Below, piece after piece: positions 40,401 to 52,372 of a stretch of DNA of 64,000 nt; positions within the stretch are counted from its first letter, which is position 1; each line of letters opens with the position of its first letter. The notes beneath the pieces are model-generated. The model saw only the letters and a program-made list of their open reading frames with translations. It did not search any database and was not told the origin of the DNA. Source of the stretch: an uncultured bacterium (GTDB taxonomy: Bacteria; Bacteroidota; Bacteroidia; Chitinophagales; UBA10324); contig CAXBPY010000007.1 of the NCBI GenBank assembly GCA_963977675.1, positions 297 to 64,296 on the forward strand. Direction: 5' to 3'. Position numbers and translations under genes: made by a program.

Positions 40401-40571
40401 ATAAAAAGTTATAGGTGGAGTAAGTCCGGTAGTTTGTGCAATCAGAATTCCATCATTATTACAAACAGGGTTTGCAAGAGTGAAAGTGATAGTACCGGAT
40501 TGAGCACTAACCTTCCATGAGGATAAAACCAGAACTAAACAAAATGTAAAAAGTTTAAAAATGTTTTTCAT
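37476..40571 (-). CDS. Large secreted adhesin: ~7 SprB-type repeats, beta-sandwich modules, T9SS type-A sorting domain
   Basis: Signal peptide. Repeats carry GGTAPYTYQW / TVTD..GC. The mid-region has Cys-rich CYCTIEGTVYDDANGNC and a WDPNFKEV-containing module. C-terminus reads IYPNPSNNEVSI...MDILGK...PAGIYFVEVSDG..SYVKKMTVVK. Confidence 0.85.
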   Translation of the reverse strand: MKNIFKLFTFCLVLVLSSWKVSAQSGTITFTLANPVCNNDGILIAQTTGLTPPITFYWWTAGVQTTHTVTNSFDTLFNYAGGYVYLNALGTGGQAYGNFAGAPPFTYVVTTSPAICPALGTAAVTITGGTAPYNIQWSEIPSGTVVGSGANVNLPAGNYSVLITDAAGCVSGTYAVGDSIYIWNQSPVTFTTTSTPANCTNGTATVSGLGGGIAPYSFIWSNGSNSQTITGLSLGYYQVTVTDAQGCYQTEGIYVQQSITIGTNVTLTPATCLQNDGSAISFGSGGLPPYSYHWSNGINTQNISNLTAGNYSITVIDANGCVGEGYYYLSSSTPITVTYSSTPSQCTSATGTATLVATGGTAPYTYQWNTFPAQTGATATGLEPGTYSFIVTDNVGCIRSGTVVVPPISVVSGFTNSADAYCTLSNGSAQIIITSGTAPYTTAWSNGGNTTSITNLAAGGYTCTVTDNLGCSIVKYAVVQASSPISIGFASTPASCIYTADGNIVAIPYGGTAPYTYAWSNGQTTNIASSLITGNYYVYVTDAAGCVQNSWTSCGYDPLNNSCYCTIEGTVYDDANGNCTMDAGENGIENIMIHCSGFGYTYTNASGHYSFQVPTGSYTLSENVQYFYPLAACQNNSISVSVSAASGCSNTYDFANVINPIHDIHISTLHYTPPIPGHTYYQHVIIKNEGTINETDVVSGYKHDGQMNLSSFSPFAQLNAGSFPSWYSIASTGLTLAPAQSNLSIANYNVPTNIPLGTSLLFNDTCSYNGLINNWLSDYSPWNNVNTYYASVVGSWDPNFKEVRPKGTGVPGYISVNDSILEYTIHFQNTGTYTAFNIYLLDTLDSDLDYTSLHPVYSSHNFKAEMTENGVIKFSFENINLPDSLNDPLGSIGYIIYTIKQNPNLTPGTQIKNSASIYFDYNAPVKTNTTLNTIQQDISTHDMIKSEFDFSIYPNPSNNEVSIMVNAGNGSSNGSLKVMDILGKTYITQQLSLKNGNNLYGIDVRTLPAGIYFVEVSDGTNSYVKKMTVVK

Positions 40572-40792
40572 ATGTTTTAATTTTCTTAGTAAACGAAAAG
40601 ATTAATTTAAAAGGTTGGGTGTATTGAAAGCTTCAAACTTAATGGCTCACCATTTTGAGATTCAAAATGAAAAAATAATTGCTTACACATTCAGAAAATT
40701 TTAGCTTCAAATCTGATTAACAAAAAATTTATTCCATATGATTCAAATCACATTTCTATTTTTAGCAGAAATTAAAAACTAAGATTTTTATT

Positions 40793-41038
40793 ATGAGATC
40801 TATCATGAAATTTTATTGGTTTAAACGGAGTGGACTGTTCTTCTACCCTATTTCCATTTTTGGTTGGCTCATTACACTTCTGACTATTGCACTTTCGATT
40901 TACATCTTTATTCAGATAGATGCTGAATCTCATTCTGTAAGCGACACACTGATTAATTTCGCTTATAACATGTTATTTGTTTTATGCGGATATTCAATCA
41001 TTGCCTATCTCGCGTCGAAAAGTTCAAAGGACAAATGA
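40793..41038 (+). CDS. Small two-TM membrane protein
   Basis: Two clear hydrophobic helices, sited 44 nt upstream of comEC. No family recognised. Confidence 0.45.
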   Translation: MRSIMKFYWFKRSGLFFYPISIFGWLITLLTIALSIYIFIQIDAESHSVSDTLINFAYNMLFVLCGYSIIAYLASKSSKDK

Positions 41039-41081
41039 TTAAGTTCTAGTTATCATTTCTTTTCATATAGCAAAGCACCTG

Positions 41082-43211
41082 ATGTCTATATCTAAGGAGC
41101 GGATCTTTATCAAGTTACTCTTTCCATTTGCTGCTGGAATACTTTGCGGCTATATAACAGGAATTCAGATTTCAAGCTGGATATTAATTGCTCTGATTCC
41201 GTTATTGCCTGCCCTTCACTTTTTAATTAATAGAAAGATTCTAACCGCTTACACTCAAGGTTGGCTATTTGGAGTAGCAGCGTTCACTTTATTTTTTTTC
41301 TCGGGCTGGTTTTCATTTTCCACTACTTATGATCTAAATGACGAAAATCATTTTATTAATTTCGGGAAAGATGAATTCGCTATTGTACGATTAACAGAGC
41401 CACCTGTGTTCAAGGAAAAATTCGCACGGTGTATTGTTGAAGTTTCTCAAACCGGATCACAAAAATTTATTCGCTCTGTATCTGGAAATGCAGTAGTCTA
41501 TTTTTCACTAAATGATACTTCCAGAAATTTTCATTATGGAGATGAAATATTGATTGCAAACAATCCATCACCGTTAGACTCAGTTTCAAATCCATATCAA
41601 TATGATTACCGCGGGTATCTTGATAAAAAGAATATTCACTTTACTTTTTTTGAAAAGCAAAATCAATTTGTCCCTTTAAACATCAATCAAGGATTTTCTC
41701 TTCTGCGTTTTGCATATCAAATGCGCGACTGGTGTGTCGGAATAATTAAAAAATATGTTGGCGAAACAAAAGAGTCAGCAGTAATCGCTGCGCTGGTAGT
41801 CGGTTATCGTGATGAAGTAAGTCCAGAAATTGTTCAGTCATTTTCATCGGCTGGTGTTGTTCACATTCTCGCGGTTTCAGGAATGCATGTGGGTATTTTA
41901 TACTGGCTTCTTGATAAAATTCTTGTTTTCCTCCGAATGAATAAGAAGAAATCACTGCAATTGATCAAAGTGTTTATTTTAATGGGATTCATTTGGTTCT
42001 TCGCGATGATTACAGGTTTAAGCGGATCGGTAGTTCGGGCATCGGCAATGCTTACTCTGTTAATCATTGGAAAAAATTACGGGAGGCATACTGATATAAT
42101 TAACCTGTTGTGTGCTTCTGCCTTTTGCATTCTTGCATTTGATGTGTTTTCATTTCTTGATGCCGGATTTCAGCTTTCATTCTTTGCACTGGTTGGTATA
42201 GCACTCTTTGAAAGAAATATTTATTGGACCTTTAAACTCAGAAATAAATTTTTGCATTTATGCTGGTCAATGTGCAGCGTAAGCATAGCAGCACAGTTAG
42301 GAGTTCTTCCCCTTACCTTGTTTTATTTCAATCAATTTCCACTCATGTTTCTTGTGGCTAACATTATAGGTGTTCCACTCTCAACCGGAATATTGTTTGG
42401 AGGTGTCGGCTTATTCGCAATTTCTGGTGTTGCCAATTTTTACTCACCGATTTCAAATATTGCCTGGTGGTATGGCAAAGCGCTTGGCTTTGCAACCTGG
42501 TTGCTCGATCAGTTTATCAATTGGGTACAGCATCTTCCATATGCTTCTCTCAATATGGGGCACTTCAATATTGCTTGTTTCATTCTCGCTTTTTTCGGAT
42601 TGTATTTTCTATATGAATTTCTTGAGTGGAAGATTCAAAGGAAATTAATTTATGCATTATCAGTAGCACTTATCATTTCTTTCATATATAACTATTCTAA
42701 TATTAAAGAAATGAATAGGCGCGAAATAATGTTTCTTCATTTCGGAAAAGGAAACTTATATGTTTTCCGCGAACGGAATAACAGCCTGATGTTAGGCGAT
42801 TCGTCCTTGCTTTCTGATGGATATTTTTTACAATACACCAATAGTTATTTGAAAAAGACTTGCGTGAATCATCTTCAGATCCTGCCGCTTGAAAAAATCA
42901 ATGACACTAGTTCTGTAAACTGGAATCATTTTCATTCGCGGGGAAAATTTATCTCTTTCGATGGACTGCATGGTGCCGTGCTTGATCAAAGTGATATCAG
43001 TTCTGACAAAAAACTAAAACTTGATTTTGTAATTGCAGATGCTGCAAGCAATAAACCTGATTTGATAAAAGAAAATTATTCTCCAAAAGTTTGGGTTGCA
43101 GATGCTGATGTTAAAAGTTTAGCATTGGAGGAAGTAAAGGGCATTTGTGCATCATTAAGTTTGCAATTTCATTTTCTGCCGGTCGACGGCGCATACATCA
43201 AACAATTCTGA
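41082..43211 (+). CDS. comEC: ComEC/Rec2-family DNA internalisation channel protein
   Basis: N-terminal OB/DUF4131-like region and the competence domain with VVHILAVSGMHVGILY. The C-terminal ~190 aa lacks an HxHxDH motif. Confidence 0.85.
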   Translation: MSISKERIFIKLLFPFAAGILCGYITGIQISSWILIALIPLLPALHFLINRKILTAYTQGWLFGVAAFTLFFFSGWFSFSTTYDLNDENHFINFGKDEFAIVRLTEPPVFKEKFARCIVEVSQTGSQKFIRSVSGNAVVYFSLNDTSRNFHYGDEILIANNPSPLDSVSNPYQYDYRGYLDKKNIHFTFFEKQNQFVPLNINQGFSLLRFAYQMRDWCVGIIKKYVGETKESAVIAALVVGYRDEVSPEIVQSFSSAGVVHILAVSGMHVGILYWLLDKILVFLRMNKKKSLQLIKVFILMGFIWFFAMITGLSGSVVRASAMLTLLIIGKNYGRHTDIINLLCASAFCILAFDVFSFLDAGFQLSFFALVGIALFERNIYWTFKLRNKFLHLCWSMCSVSIAAQLGVLPLTLFYFNQFPLMFLVANIIGVPLSTGILFGGVGLFAISGVANFYSPISNIAWWYGKALGFATWLLDQFINWVQHLPYASLNMGHFNIACFILAFFGLYFLYEFLEWKIQRKLIYALSVALIISFIYNYSNIKEMNRREIMFLHFGKGNLYVFRERNNSLMLGDSSLLSDGYFLQYTNSYLKKTCVNHLQILPLEKINDTSSVNWNHFHSRGKFISFDGLHGAVLDQSDISSDKKLKLDFVIADAASNKPDLIKENYSPKVWVADADVKSLALEEVKGICASLSLQFHFLPVDGAYIKQF

Positions 43212-43212
43212 C

Positions 43213-43989
43213 ATGGAAAATATTGTTCTCTATGAACTCAGCAATCGCGTTGCATATATTACTCTTAATCGTGAGGATCGCCGTAATGCATTAAACCCCG
43301 AAATGATCAATGCATTATCAGCTGCATTAACGAAAGCAGGAAATGATTCTAGTGTAAAGGTGATCGTGATTCGCGCAAATGGAAATGTATTTTGCTCAGG
43401 AGCGGATCTTGCCCACTTGCAAAAATTGCAGAGCAATTCATTCGAAGAAAATTTATCTGACAGCCTGCTTCTGGCCGAATTGTTTAAGACAATTTACCTT
43501 CATCCGAAAATTATTATTGCTCAGGTTGAAGGTGCTGCTATAGCCGGGGGGTGTGGACTTGCAACTGTTTGTGATTTCACTTTTGCCACTCCGGACTCAC
43601 GATTTGGATATACTGAAGCAAGAATCGGATTTGTTCCTGCTATCGTAATGTTTTTTCTAATCAGAAAAATCGGAGAAGCCAAAGCGAAACAATTCTTATA
43701 TACAGGTAAATTAACTGACGCTCAAACTGCGTTCGATTCAGGATTGATAAATAAAATTTATTCAGCAGAAAGCATTCGGCAGTCAGTTCAGGAATTTGCA
43801 GAGGGAATATGCCGTGATTCATCTGCTCAGTCTTTAACAATGACAAAACTGATGATCGCAAATGTTCAATCACTTTCGCTCGAAGATGCCATGAACTATG
43901 CCGCACGAATGAATGCAAATGCTCGTGAAACTGATGATTGCCGCAAGGGCATCAGCGCTTTTCTGAATAAGGAAACTATTCAATGGTGA
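43213..43989 (+). CDS. Enoyl-CoA hydratase/isomerase (crotonase) family protein
   Basis: ITLNREDRRNAL, FCSGADL and AQVEGAAIAGGCGLA oxyanion-hole contexts. Confidence 0.85.
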   Translation: MENIVLYELSNRVAYITLNREDRRNALNPEMINALSAALTKAGNDSSVKVIVIRANGNVFCSGADLAHLQKLQSNSFEENLSDSLLLAELFKTIYLHPKIIIAQVEGAAIAGGCGLATVCDFTFATPDSRFGYTEARIGFVPAIVMFFLIRKIGEAKAKQFLYTGKLTDAQTAFDSGLINKIYSAESIRQSVQEFAEGICRDSSAQSLTMTKLMIANVQSLSLEDAMNYAARMNANARETDDCRKGISAFLNKETIQW

Positions 43990-44001
43990 TCCGGATTTAT
44001 T

Positions 44002-44451
44002 ATGATTGAGAAATTTAACATTCGTGTTTATGGATTACTAATTAATGAAAACAACGAAGTATTGGTTACAGATGAATATGAATTCGGGAAGGAGTTTACA
44101 AAATTTCCGGGAGGCGGACTGGAACTTGGCGAAGGATTAAAAGATGGATTGATTCGCGAATGGAAGGAAGAATTAAATCAGGAAATAGAAGTGCTGAATC
44201 ATTTTTATACTACCGATTTTTTTCAGCAATCAGGTTTTAACGAAAAGCATCAGCTCATCAGTGTGTACTATTTGGTTAAAACCAATTTCAAATTCACTGT
44301 TAAAATTTCACAAATTCCTTTTGATTTTGAAAACAGAAATGCAGAAGAAGTAATTTCATTCCGATGGATAAAACTTGATCATATGCTTCCGTCGCAACTC
44401 ACATTTCCGATTGACAAACTCGTGAGTGAGATGCTGCTTGTTAAACAATAG
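44002..44451 (+). CDS. NUDIX hydrolase
   Basis: Nudix box GGGLELGEGLKDGLIREWKEELN. Confidence 0.85.
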   Translation: MIEKFNIRVYGLLINENNEVLVTDEYEFGKEFTKFPGGGLELGEGLKDGLIREWKEELNQEIEVLNHFYTTDFFQQSGFNEKHQLISVYYLVKTNFKFTVKISQIPFDFENRNAEEVISFRWIKLDHMLPSQLTFPIDKLVSEMLLVKQ

Positions 44452-45115
44452 GAGAATGATCAGGAATGATCAAATGATTTTCAGGTTCATCTTCAATCTC
44501 CATATCTTTTAATTCCAGTTCGAAAGGAATCATTCTGTATATAATTTGTATACCAATGATCTGATGAAACAAATAAATCGTGTAAATAATAATCTGGCCA
44601 ATAGTGTTAACAGTTAACACTGTTCTTTCGTGCCTGTAAATTATTACATAAAATGAATTGATAAGCGATAAACAAAACACAAGGATATAAAATAGCCACC
44701 ATGTAGAAACCAAATTAACTGATTCTACTTCCTTTCGAATTTTTAGCTGTGTCTTGGTCCACACTTCGTTCAATATTTGATATGGTATATAAAAATTTAA
44801 GATTGGAACAAACCATCCTCCCGCAGCCCACCCTTCTGTGTGCAAAAGCGAAGTTTTAGATTGATGTAAATTGAAATATGCCCGGCGCATCCAAAGTATA
44901 AAAGAGATAAACGCCACCACCCGAATAAGTCCAAATCCATAAAGAATTACTCTAACTCTGAAATCATTATTCATTGCATCTCCTCTTTCAATCAATGGTT
45001 CATTCAGTAATTGCAATTGCATAATAAAAGAAACAATGCTTATCAATATTGTAATGACTACCAGAGATGCTGTGATAATGACAATGTTTGCGCGGAATCT
45101 GTTTGGTCGAATCAT
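44441..45115 (-). CDS. DUF4328-like multi-pass membrane protein
   Basis: Several TM helices, with WAAGGWFVPILNFYIPYQILNEVW resembling the DUF4328 signature as I recall it. Confidence 0.6.
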   Translation of the reverse strand: MIRPNRFRANIVIITASLVVITILISIVSFIMQLQLLNEPLIERGDAMNNDFRVRVILYGFGLIRVVAFISFILWMRRAYFNLHQSKTSLLHTEGWAAGGWFVPILNFYIPYQILNEVWTKTQLKIRKEVESVNLVSTWWLFYILVFCLSLINSFYVIIYRHERTVLTVNTIGQIIIYTIYLFHQIIGIQIIYRMIPFELELKDMEIEDEPENHLIIPDHSPIV

Positions 45116-45130
45116 AAGGTGTTAAATATT

Positions 45131-45637
45131 CTAAATATTCTTTTCAAGTATCACGAACTCAAGATGTGTTTTTGGCAAACCAAATTTGGGGTCATTCTCC
45201 GGAAAAGGTTTTCTAATTCCGGAATTATAATATCCATGTTTCAAATACCAATTTATCAATTCAATTCTTGCTGTAAGCACTGTCATATAAATTTTATGGC
45301 AATTTTTTTTTCGCGCATGATCTTCAGCTGCAGCCAAAAATTTTTTTCCAAGACCTTTCCCCTGCAGGTTTGGTTTTACAGTCAACATTCCGAGGTATAG
45401 CTTATCACCATGCGCTTCTAACTGAACGCAACCTTTTATCTGATTATCTTCCTTAAAAATCAAAACATCGCAACCTGGTTTGTTTATCATTTCAATCAGT
45501 CGGGCTTCATCTATCCTTATTCCACCAAGCAAATCAGCTTCGGTGGTCCATCCAATTTTAGATGATTCTCCCCTGTAGGCTGAGTTTACCAGGATATTTA
45601 ATTCTTTTACATCGTCAATGGTTGCAACAGAAATCAT
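45131..45637 (-). CDS. GNAT-family N-acetyltransferase
   Basis: Acetyl-CoA binding motif VKPNLQGKGLGKKFLAAAE. Start taken at MISVATIDDVKEL. Confidence 0.8.
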   Translation of the reverse strand: MISVATIDDVKELNILVNSAYRGESSKIGWTTEADLLGGIRIDEARLIEMINKPGCDVLIFKEDNQIKGCVQLEAHGDKLYLGMLTVKPNLQGKGLGKKFLAAAEDHARKKNCHKIYMTVLTARIELINWYLKHGYYNSGIRKPFPENDPKFGLPKTHLEFVILEKNI

Positions 45638-45799
45638 TTTGTTTTCAAAATAAATCCGAAACTTAACAATTGCCTTTGAAACTGTAATACAAACCAAAAT
45701 AATTTGAAAAGCTTCTCATCAGTTTTAACCCGGACGATTACTTTTATAGAGTTAATTTTTTTAACAGATAACAATCGAGACATCAGAAAAATAAATCGC

Positions 45800-47668
45800 A
45801 TGAGTAAAAAATTTTCCCTTTCTCTTATCACTTTATTCTTTTTTATAAAAGCAAATGCAACACATATTATAGGTGGCGAAATTTCTTATAAATGTCTTGG
45901 TGGCGATGTGTATGAATTTACTGTAAAGATTTACCGCGATTGTTTTAATGGTGTTCCTCCTTTAGATACTCCTGCTTATTTCACCATATTTAAAAACATC
46001 GACAACTCAGTCTATTTCAATCCTACCGTTTCCATTCTGAGTGATTCTATTATTCCGAATAATTCTCCAAGCCCTTGCCTTCTTGTTCCACCAAATGTTT
46101 GTGTTGAGGAAGGCACATATATTTTTCAGGCCGTTCTTCCTCCTACCCCACTTGGTTATACTGTTGCATATCAGCGATGCTGCCGTAATGCTTCCATCTT
46201 AAATATTACGGATCCTGGTAATACTGGTGCAACCTATACAGCCGAACTAAATGATAATGTGCTCGCTCAATGTAATAACAGTCCATACTTTGTAAACTAT
46301 CCTCCTATTGTAATTTGTGCAGGCCAGCCGCTTGTTTTTGATCACTCTGCTTTTGATGCGGATGGCGACAGCCTGGTTTATGGATTATGCCAACCTTATA
46401 AAGGAGCTGAGCCGCCAAATAATTCTCAACCTGTTACAGCTTCTTCTCCTCCATATTTCGGTGTTACCTACGCTGCAGGGTATACATATTTAAATCCAAT
46501 GGATGGAAATCCACCACTTGCAATTGATCCTGTCACCGGATTGCTGACCATTACTCCAACTACTGTTGGACAATTTGTAGTAGGGGTTTGCGTAAAAGAA
46601 TATCGCAACGGAGTCTATATGGGTATGCATGCCCGCGACTTTCAATTTAATGTTGTGAACTGTCAACCTACGGTTGTGGCATCACTTCCTGCAATCATCA
46701 ACAGCTGCAACGGCTACTTTTTCAATTTCGATAATAACAGCATTGGTGGCATCACTTATCATTGGGATTTTGGAGATGGAAGTACAGCGACTTCTCAATT
46801 TGCTTCGCATACCTATAGCGACACTGGAATTTTTACAGTCCAGTTGATTGTAAATCCCGGGACAATTTGCAGCGACACTGCATATTGCGATGTGTATGTT
46901 TATCCGAATCTGATCGGAGCAATGATTGCCGCAGGTGGCTGCCCGAACACTCCAATTCCATTTCAAGATGCCTCAACCTCAACTTACGGAGGTATAAATT
47001 CATGGCAGTGGAGTTTTGGTGATGGCGGCACCTCTACAGAACAAAACCCCGAACACACTTATAGTAATCCTGGACCTTATAATATTACACTGATAGTTGG
47101 AACAAGTTTTGGTTGTGCAGACACAGTGAATCAAACAATAAATGTTTATCCTGCTGATCCGGAAACAACAACACCAAAAGATACCACTATAATTTATGGC
47201 ACCTCTGTTCAAATGAATGTTGATGGCGGAACCTCATGGTCATGGTTTCCTGCCACCGGTTTGAATAATGCTGCAATAGCTAATCCGGTTGCTACTCCAT
47301 CGGCCACTACGACCTATACAGTAACAATTATGTCTGCAAATGGTTGTGCAATGATTGACTCAGTGGTCATTCATATTGTATTTGAACCCCAGGTTGTAAT
47401 GCCTAATGCATTCTCTCCAAACTTTGATGGTAAAAATGATTTCTTCCATCCGTTAATTGTTGGCGTGGTTGATAAAGCAATTTTCAGAATTTATAATCGA
47501 TGGGGTCAATTGATTTATGAAAGCACTGATGCTTATGGATCAGGTTGGGATGGAAACTATAAAGGTGTCCCTCAGCCGCTGGGGGTATATGTTTATACTT
47601 TTGATTGTGAAGGTGCCATGACCGGAACACCATTTAAGTTTAAAGGGAATGTAACCCTTTTAAGATAA
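45800..47668 (+). CDS. Secreted PKD-repeat protein with T9SS type-B (gliding-motility-associated) C-terminal domain
   Basis: Start at MSKKFSLSLITLFFFIKANA. Two PKD modules (YHWDFGDG, WQWSFGDGG) and an Ig-like repeat. C-terminus reads PNAFSPNFDGKNDFF...NRWGQ...WDGNYKG...GVYVY...KGNVTLLR. Confidence 0.85.
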   Translation: MSKKFSLSLITLFFFIKANATHIIGGEISYKCLGGDVYEFTVKIYRDCFNGVPPLDTPAYFTIFKNIDNSVYFNPTVSILSDSIIPNNSPSPCLLVPPNVCVEEGTYIFQAVLPPTPLGYTVAYQRCCRNASILNITDPGNTGATYTAELNDNVLAQCNNSPYFVNYPPIVICAGQPLVFDHSAFDADGDSLVYGLCQPYKGAEPPNNSQPVTASSPPYFGVTYAAGYTYLNPMDGNPPLAIDPVTGLLTITPTTVGQFVVGVCVKEYRNGVYMGMHARDFQFNVVNCQPTVVASLPAIINSCNGYFFNFDNNSIGGITYHWDFGDGSTATSQFASHTYSDTGIFTVQLIVNPGTICSDTAYCDVYVYPNLIGAMIAAGGCPNTPIPFQDASTSTYGGINSWQWSFGDGGTSTEQNPEHTYSNPGPYNITLIVGTSFGCADTVNQTINVYPADPETTTPKDTTIIYGTSVQMNVDGGTSWSWFPATGLNNAAIANPVATPSATTTYTVTIMSANGCAMIDSVVIHIVFEPQVVMPNAFSPNFDGKNDFFHPLIVGVVDKAIFRIYNRWGQLIYESTDAYGSGWDGNYKGVPQPLGVYVYTFDCEGAMTGTPFKFKGNVTLLR

Positions 47669-47670
47669 CA

Positions 47671-48444
47671 TCAATCCAACAGTAAACTTAAATCAATAGT
47701 GCTGCTTGCTTCTGCGTGCATGAGTGGCGATGCGAGTTTGCTTTCAAATCCTTCTCGTCCTGCAATAACTGCGAGTTTAAATGCCTCTGCCATTTTAACG
47801 GGGTTTCCTGCTATTGCAATAGCAGTATTAACTAAAACAGCATCAGCTCCCAATTCCATTGCAAGCGCAGCATGTGATGGTGCTCCTATGCCAGCATCAA
47901 CCACAACTGGAATTGTAGATTGAGCAATTATTATTTCAAGCATAGCCCGCGTTTGTAAACCATTATTCGACCCAATGGGAGAACCAAGTGGCATCACTGC
48001 TGCTGTTCCTGCATCTTCTAACTTTTTACACAAAACAGGATCTGCATTAACATATGGAAGAACAATGAATCCAAGTTTTACTAAATCCTGAGCTGCTTTT
48101 AATGTTTCAACCGGATCAGGAAGCAGATAGCGGGGATCCGGATGAATTTCAAGTTTGAGCCAATTAGTTTGCAATGCTTCGCGCGCCATTTGTGCTGCAA
48201 GTACAGCTTCTTTTGCATTCCGCACTCCGCTTGTGTTTGGGAGTAGGGTAATATTTGGTTGCTGAATATGAAGGAGCATATCGTCTTCTTCCTTCCATGC
48301 ATCTACCCTGCGAAGCGCGACCGTTACCATCTCTGATCCGCTTGCTTCAATTGATTTTTTCATTACTTCATTCGAACCGAATTTTCCTGTTCCGAGAAAA
48401 AGGCGTGATGAAAATTCTTTTCCGGCTATAATTAAATTCTTCAT
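47671..48444 (-). CDS. thiG: Thiazole synthase
   Basis: [19 protein letters not shown] and [11 protein letters not shown] are typical of ThiG. It is the last gene of the thi operon. Confidence 0.9.
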   Translation of the reverse strand: MKNLIIAGKEFSSRLFLGTGKFGSNEVMKKSIEASGSEMVTVALRRVDAWKEEDDMLLHIQQPNITLLPNTSGVRNAKEAVLAAQMAREALQTNWLKLEIHPDPRYLLPDPVETLKAAQDLVKLGFIVLPYVNADPVLCKKLEDAGTAAVMPLGSPIGSNNGLQTRAMLEIIIAQSTIPVVVDAGIGAPSHAALAMELGADAVLVNTAIAIAGNPVKMAEAFKLAVIAGREGFESKLASPLMHAEASSTIDLSLLLD

Positions 48445-48446
48445 GA

Positions 48447-49085
48447 TTAAATGATTTGGGTTTGAAATTTTTCTTTCAAAGATTTTACGCTTGAAGAAAT
48501 ATTATTTGAACTTGCAATCATGGATGAGACAGCTACGCCATAAATTCCAAGGTTAATAAAAAACCCGACATCGCTTTCCATAACACCTCCAATTGCAAAG
48601 AGGGGAAGAGAAAGGTTTCTTTCTTTATACGCTGTCATTATTTTTTCAAATCCTGCTCGACCAAGAATTGGGTTCAAATTATTTTTTGTAGCAGTGAAAC
48701 GAAAAGGCCCGATGCCGGCATAGTCTGCACCTTCATGCACACATTGCAAAACATCCTCAAATGAATTTGTGCTACCTCCGATTATGAATTCATTGCCAAG
48801 AATTTTTCTTGCTTCAGAAATTTTCATATCATTTTTTCCAAGATGAACTCCATGAGCGCGGGATTCCATACACAACTCGATCGAATCGTTTATAATCAGA
48901 GTGGCTGAAAATTCATCGCATATTTTTTTTAACTGTAGTGCTTCAATCAATTTAATATCATCTGCGGAAGTTTTGTTTCTATACTGTATCCATCTGACAC
49001 CATGAATTAGGGCGCTTCTCACTTTCGAAAAAAGCTCATCAGCGTTTGAATTGTCAGTGATAAACTGAATTCGTTCAAACTTCAT
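48447..49085 (-). CDS. thiE: Thiamine-phosphate synthase
   Basis: ThiE-like TIM barrel ([25 protein letters not shown]), in thi operon context. Confidence 0.8.
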   Translation of the reverse strand: MKFERIQFITDNSNADELFSKVRSALIHGVRWIQYRNKTSADDIKLIEALQLKKICDEFSATLIINDSIELCMESRAHGVHLGKNDMKISEARKILGNEFIIGGSTNSFEDVLQCVHEGADYAGIGPFRFTATKNNLNPILGRAGFEKIMTAYKERNLSLPLFAIGGVMESDVGFFINLGIYGVAVSSMIASSNNISSSVKSLKEKFQTQII

Positions 49086-49842
49086 TTGAAATAAATTTTA
49101 TCTGATGGTGATAACCCAGCAAATCTGAAGTACTGAGCAGATATTGCATGACATAATCTTTTCCATTCCTGCACGCTTCTTCCAGATCTTTCCCTAAAGC
49201 TAATTGTGAAGCAATGGCAGATGAAAGAACGCATCCTGATCCGTGTTTAGTACCATTAAATCTATCACCGCTGATTGAAATAATTTTTTCATTGGTAAAT
49301 AGAAGATCAGTACTGCTTTCGCTTTCAGAATGTCCGCCTTTAAGCAAAACATTGCATTGCCTGGCGAGATAGAGTGCAGCCTTCTCTTCGTCTTCAATTC
49401 CTGTAATTACTCTCGCTTCAAAAATATTAGGCGTAAGCAGAGTGATATTTTCAAGTTCGTCAATCCAGTTTTCATTCTTCAAATGAAAATCAAAGCCGCT
49501 TGAGCTTTTCATAACAGGATCCCAAACAATGGCAATAGATTTATTTTGTGAGATAAGAAAATCTGTAACTGATTTAAGCATGGCAATATCTTTCACAATT
49601 CCAATCTTAGCAGCAGCCGGTTTATAAATCTCAAAAAGTGTAATTAGTTGTTTGAGAATTTGATCTTCAGATAACCAATCAATCCCATAAACGGACTTTT
49701 CATTTTGATATGTAATGCCTGTGCAAACTCCGAGACCATGAACTCCGTTTTGCTCCATGGTTTTAATATCAGCAAGCAACCCAGCCCCTCCGCTTGAATC
49801 TAAACCGGCTATACTGACACAGAATTTTGAAGTTCTTTCCAT
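49075..49842 (-). CDS. thiD: Hydroxymethylpyrimidine/phosphomethylpyrimidine kinase
   Basis: IAGLDSSGGAGLLADIKT and the C-terminal GTKHGSGCVLSSAIA motif. Confidence 0.9.
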   Translation of the reverse strand: MERTSKFCVSIAGLDSSGGAGLLADIKTMEQNGVHGLGVCTGITYQNEKSVYGIDWLSEDQILKQLITLFEIYKPAAAKIGIVKDIAMLKSVTDFLISQNKSIAIVWDPVMKSSSGFDFHLKNENWIDELENITLLTPNIFEARVITGIEDEEKAALYLARQCNVLLKGGHSESESSTDLLFTNEKIISISGDRFNGTKHGSGCVLSSAIASQLALGKDLEEACRNGKDYVMQYLLSTSDLLGYHHQIKFISNEV

Positions 49843-50453
49843 TTTGCCATTACTCTTTTAAACTCTTCGACAGGTTCCTTATGAGTCCACACACTTCCTA
49901 CTAAGGCACAACCTTTAAATCCATAATTCTTTACAGCATCTAGTTTATCGTACTCCACGCCACCAAGCGCAAACACATTCATTCTTGTTTTTTGTAATGC
50001 TTCGCGAAGTGTGAAATCACTGAAAGTATTTTTATAACCAATTTTAGAAATGCTATCGAAAATCGGGCTTAGAAAAACATAAGTATATCCCGGGTTCCCT
50101 TTAAGCAAACTATTGGGCGAATGATAAGATGCGCTGATGCTTACTTCAGGGCGGCGAAACTTTATCCATTGCAGCATGATCCATGATTTAAAATATTTTT
50201 TCTTCCGGTGCCTCTCAGTCATATGAATTCCCTTTAGCTTTAGAGGAACACATAATTCATGATGGTGATGAATGACAACTCTGTTGCGGTATTTTTTATC
50301 AATCCTTTCAATATATTCTCTTAACTGCTGGGTTGAATACTTTGGTTTTCTAATATGATAAGTTTCCAATCCAAGTTCGAACATTTCGCGAAGAAGCAAG
50401 TGCTCGTCTACGAAGTCCTTGGTATCACTCATCAAGATAATTCCTTCCTTCAT
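49809..50453 (-). CDS. Second ThiE/TenI-family protein
   Basis: TIM-barrel ThiE/TenI-like (YHIRKP, VFLSPIFDS, FALGGV), located between thiC and thiD. Its exact role (synthase vs thiazole tautomerase) cannot be judged from sequence alone. Confidence 0.7.
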   Translation of the reverse strand: MKEGIILMSDTKDFVDEHLLLREMFELGLETYHIRKPKYSTQQLREYIERIDKKYRNRVVIHHHHELCVPLKLKGIHMTERHRKKKYFKSWIMLQWIKFRRPEVSISASYHSPNSLLKGNPGYTYVFLSPIFDSISKIGYKNTFSDFTLREALQKTRMNVFALGGVEYDKLDAVKNYGFKGCALVGSVWTHKEPVEEFKRVMAKWKELQNSVSV

Positions 50454-50491
50454 ATATGTAACTTAAATTAATAATTGAAATTAATAATTAT

Positions 50492-52372
<1,881 letters not shown>

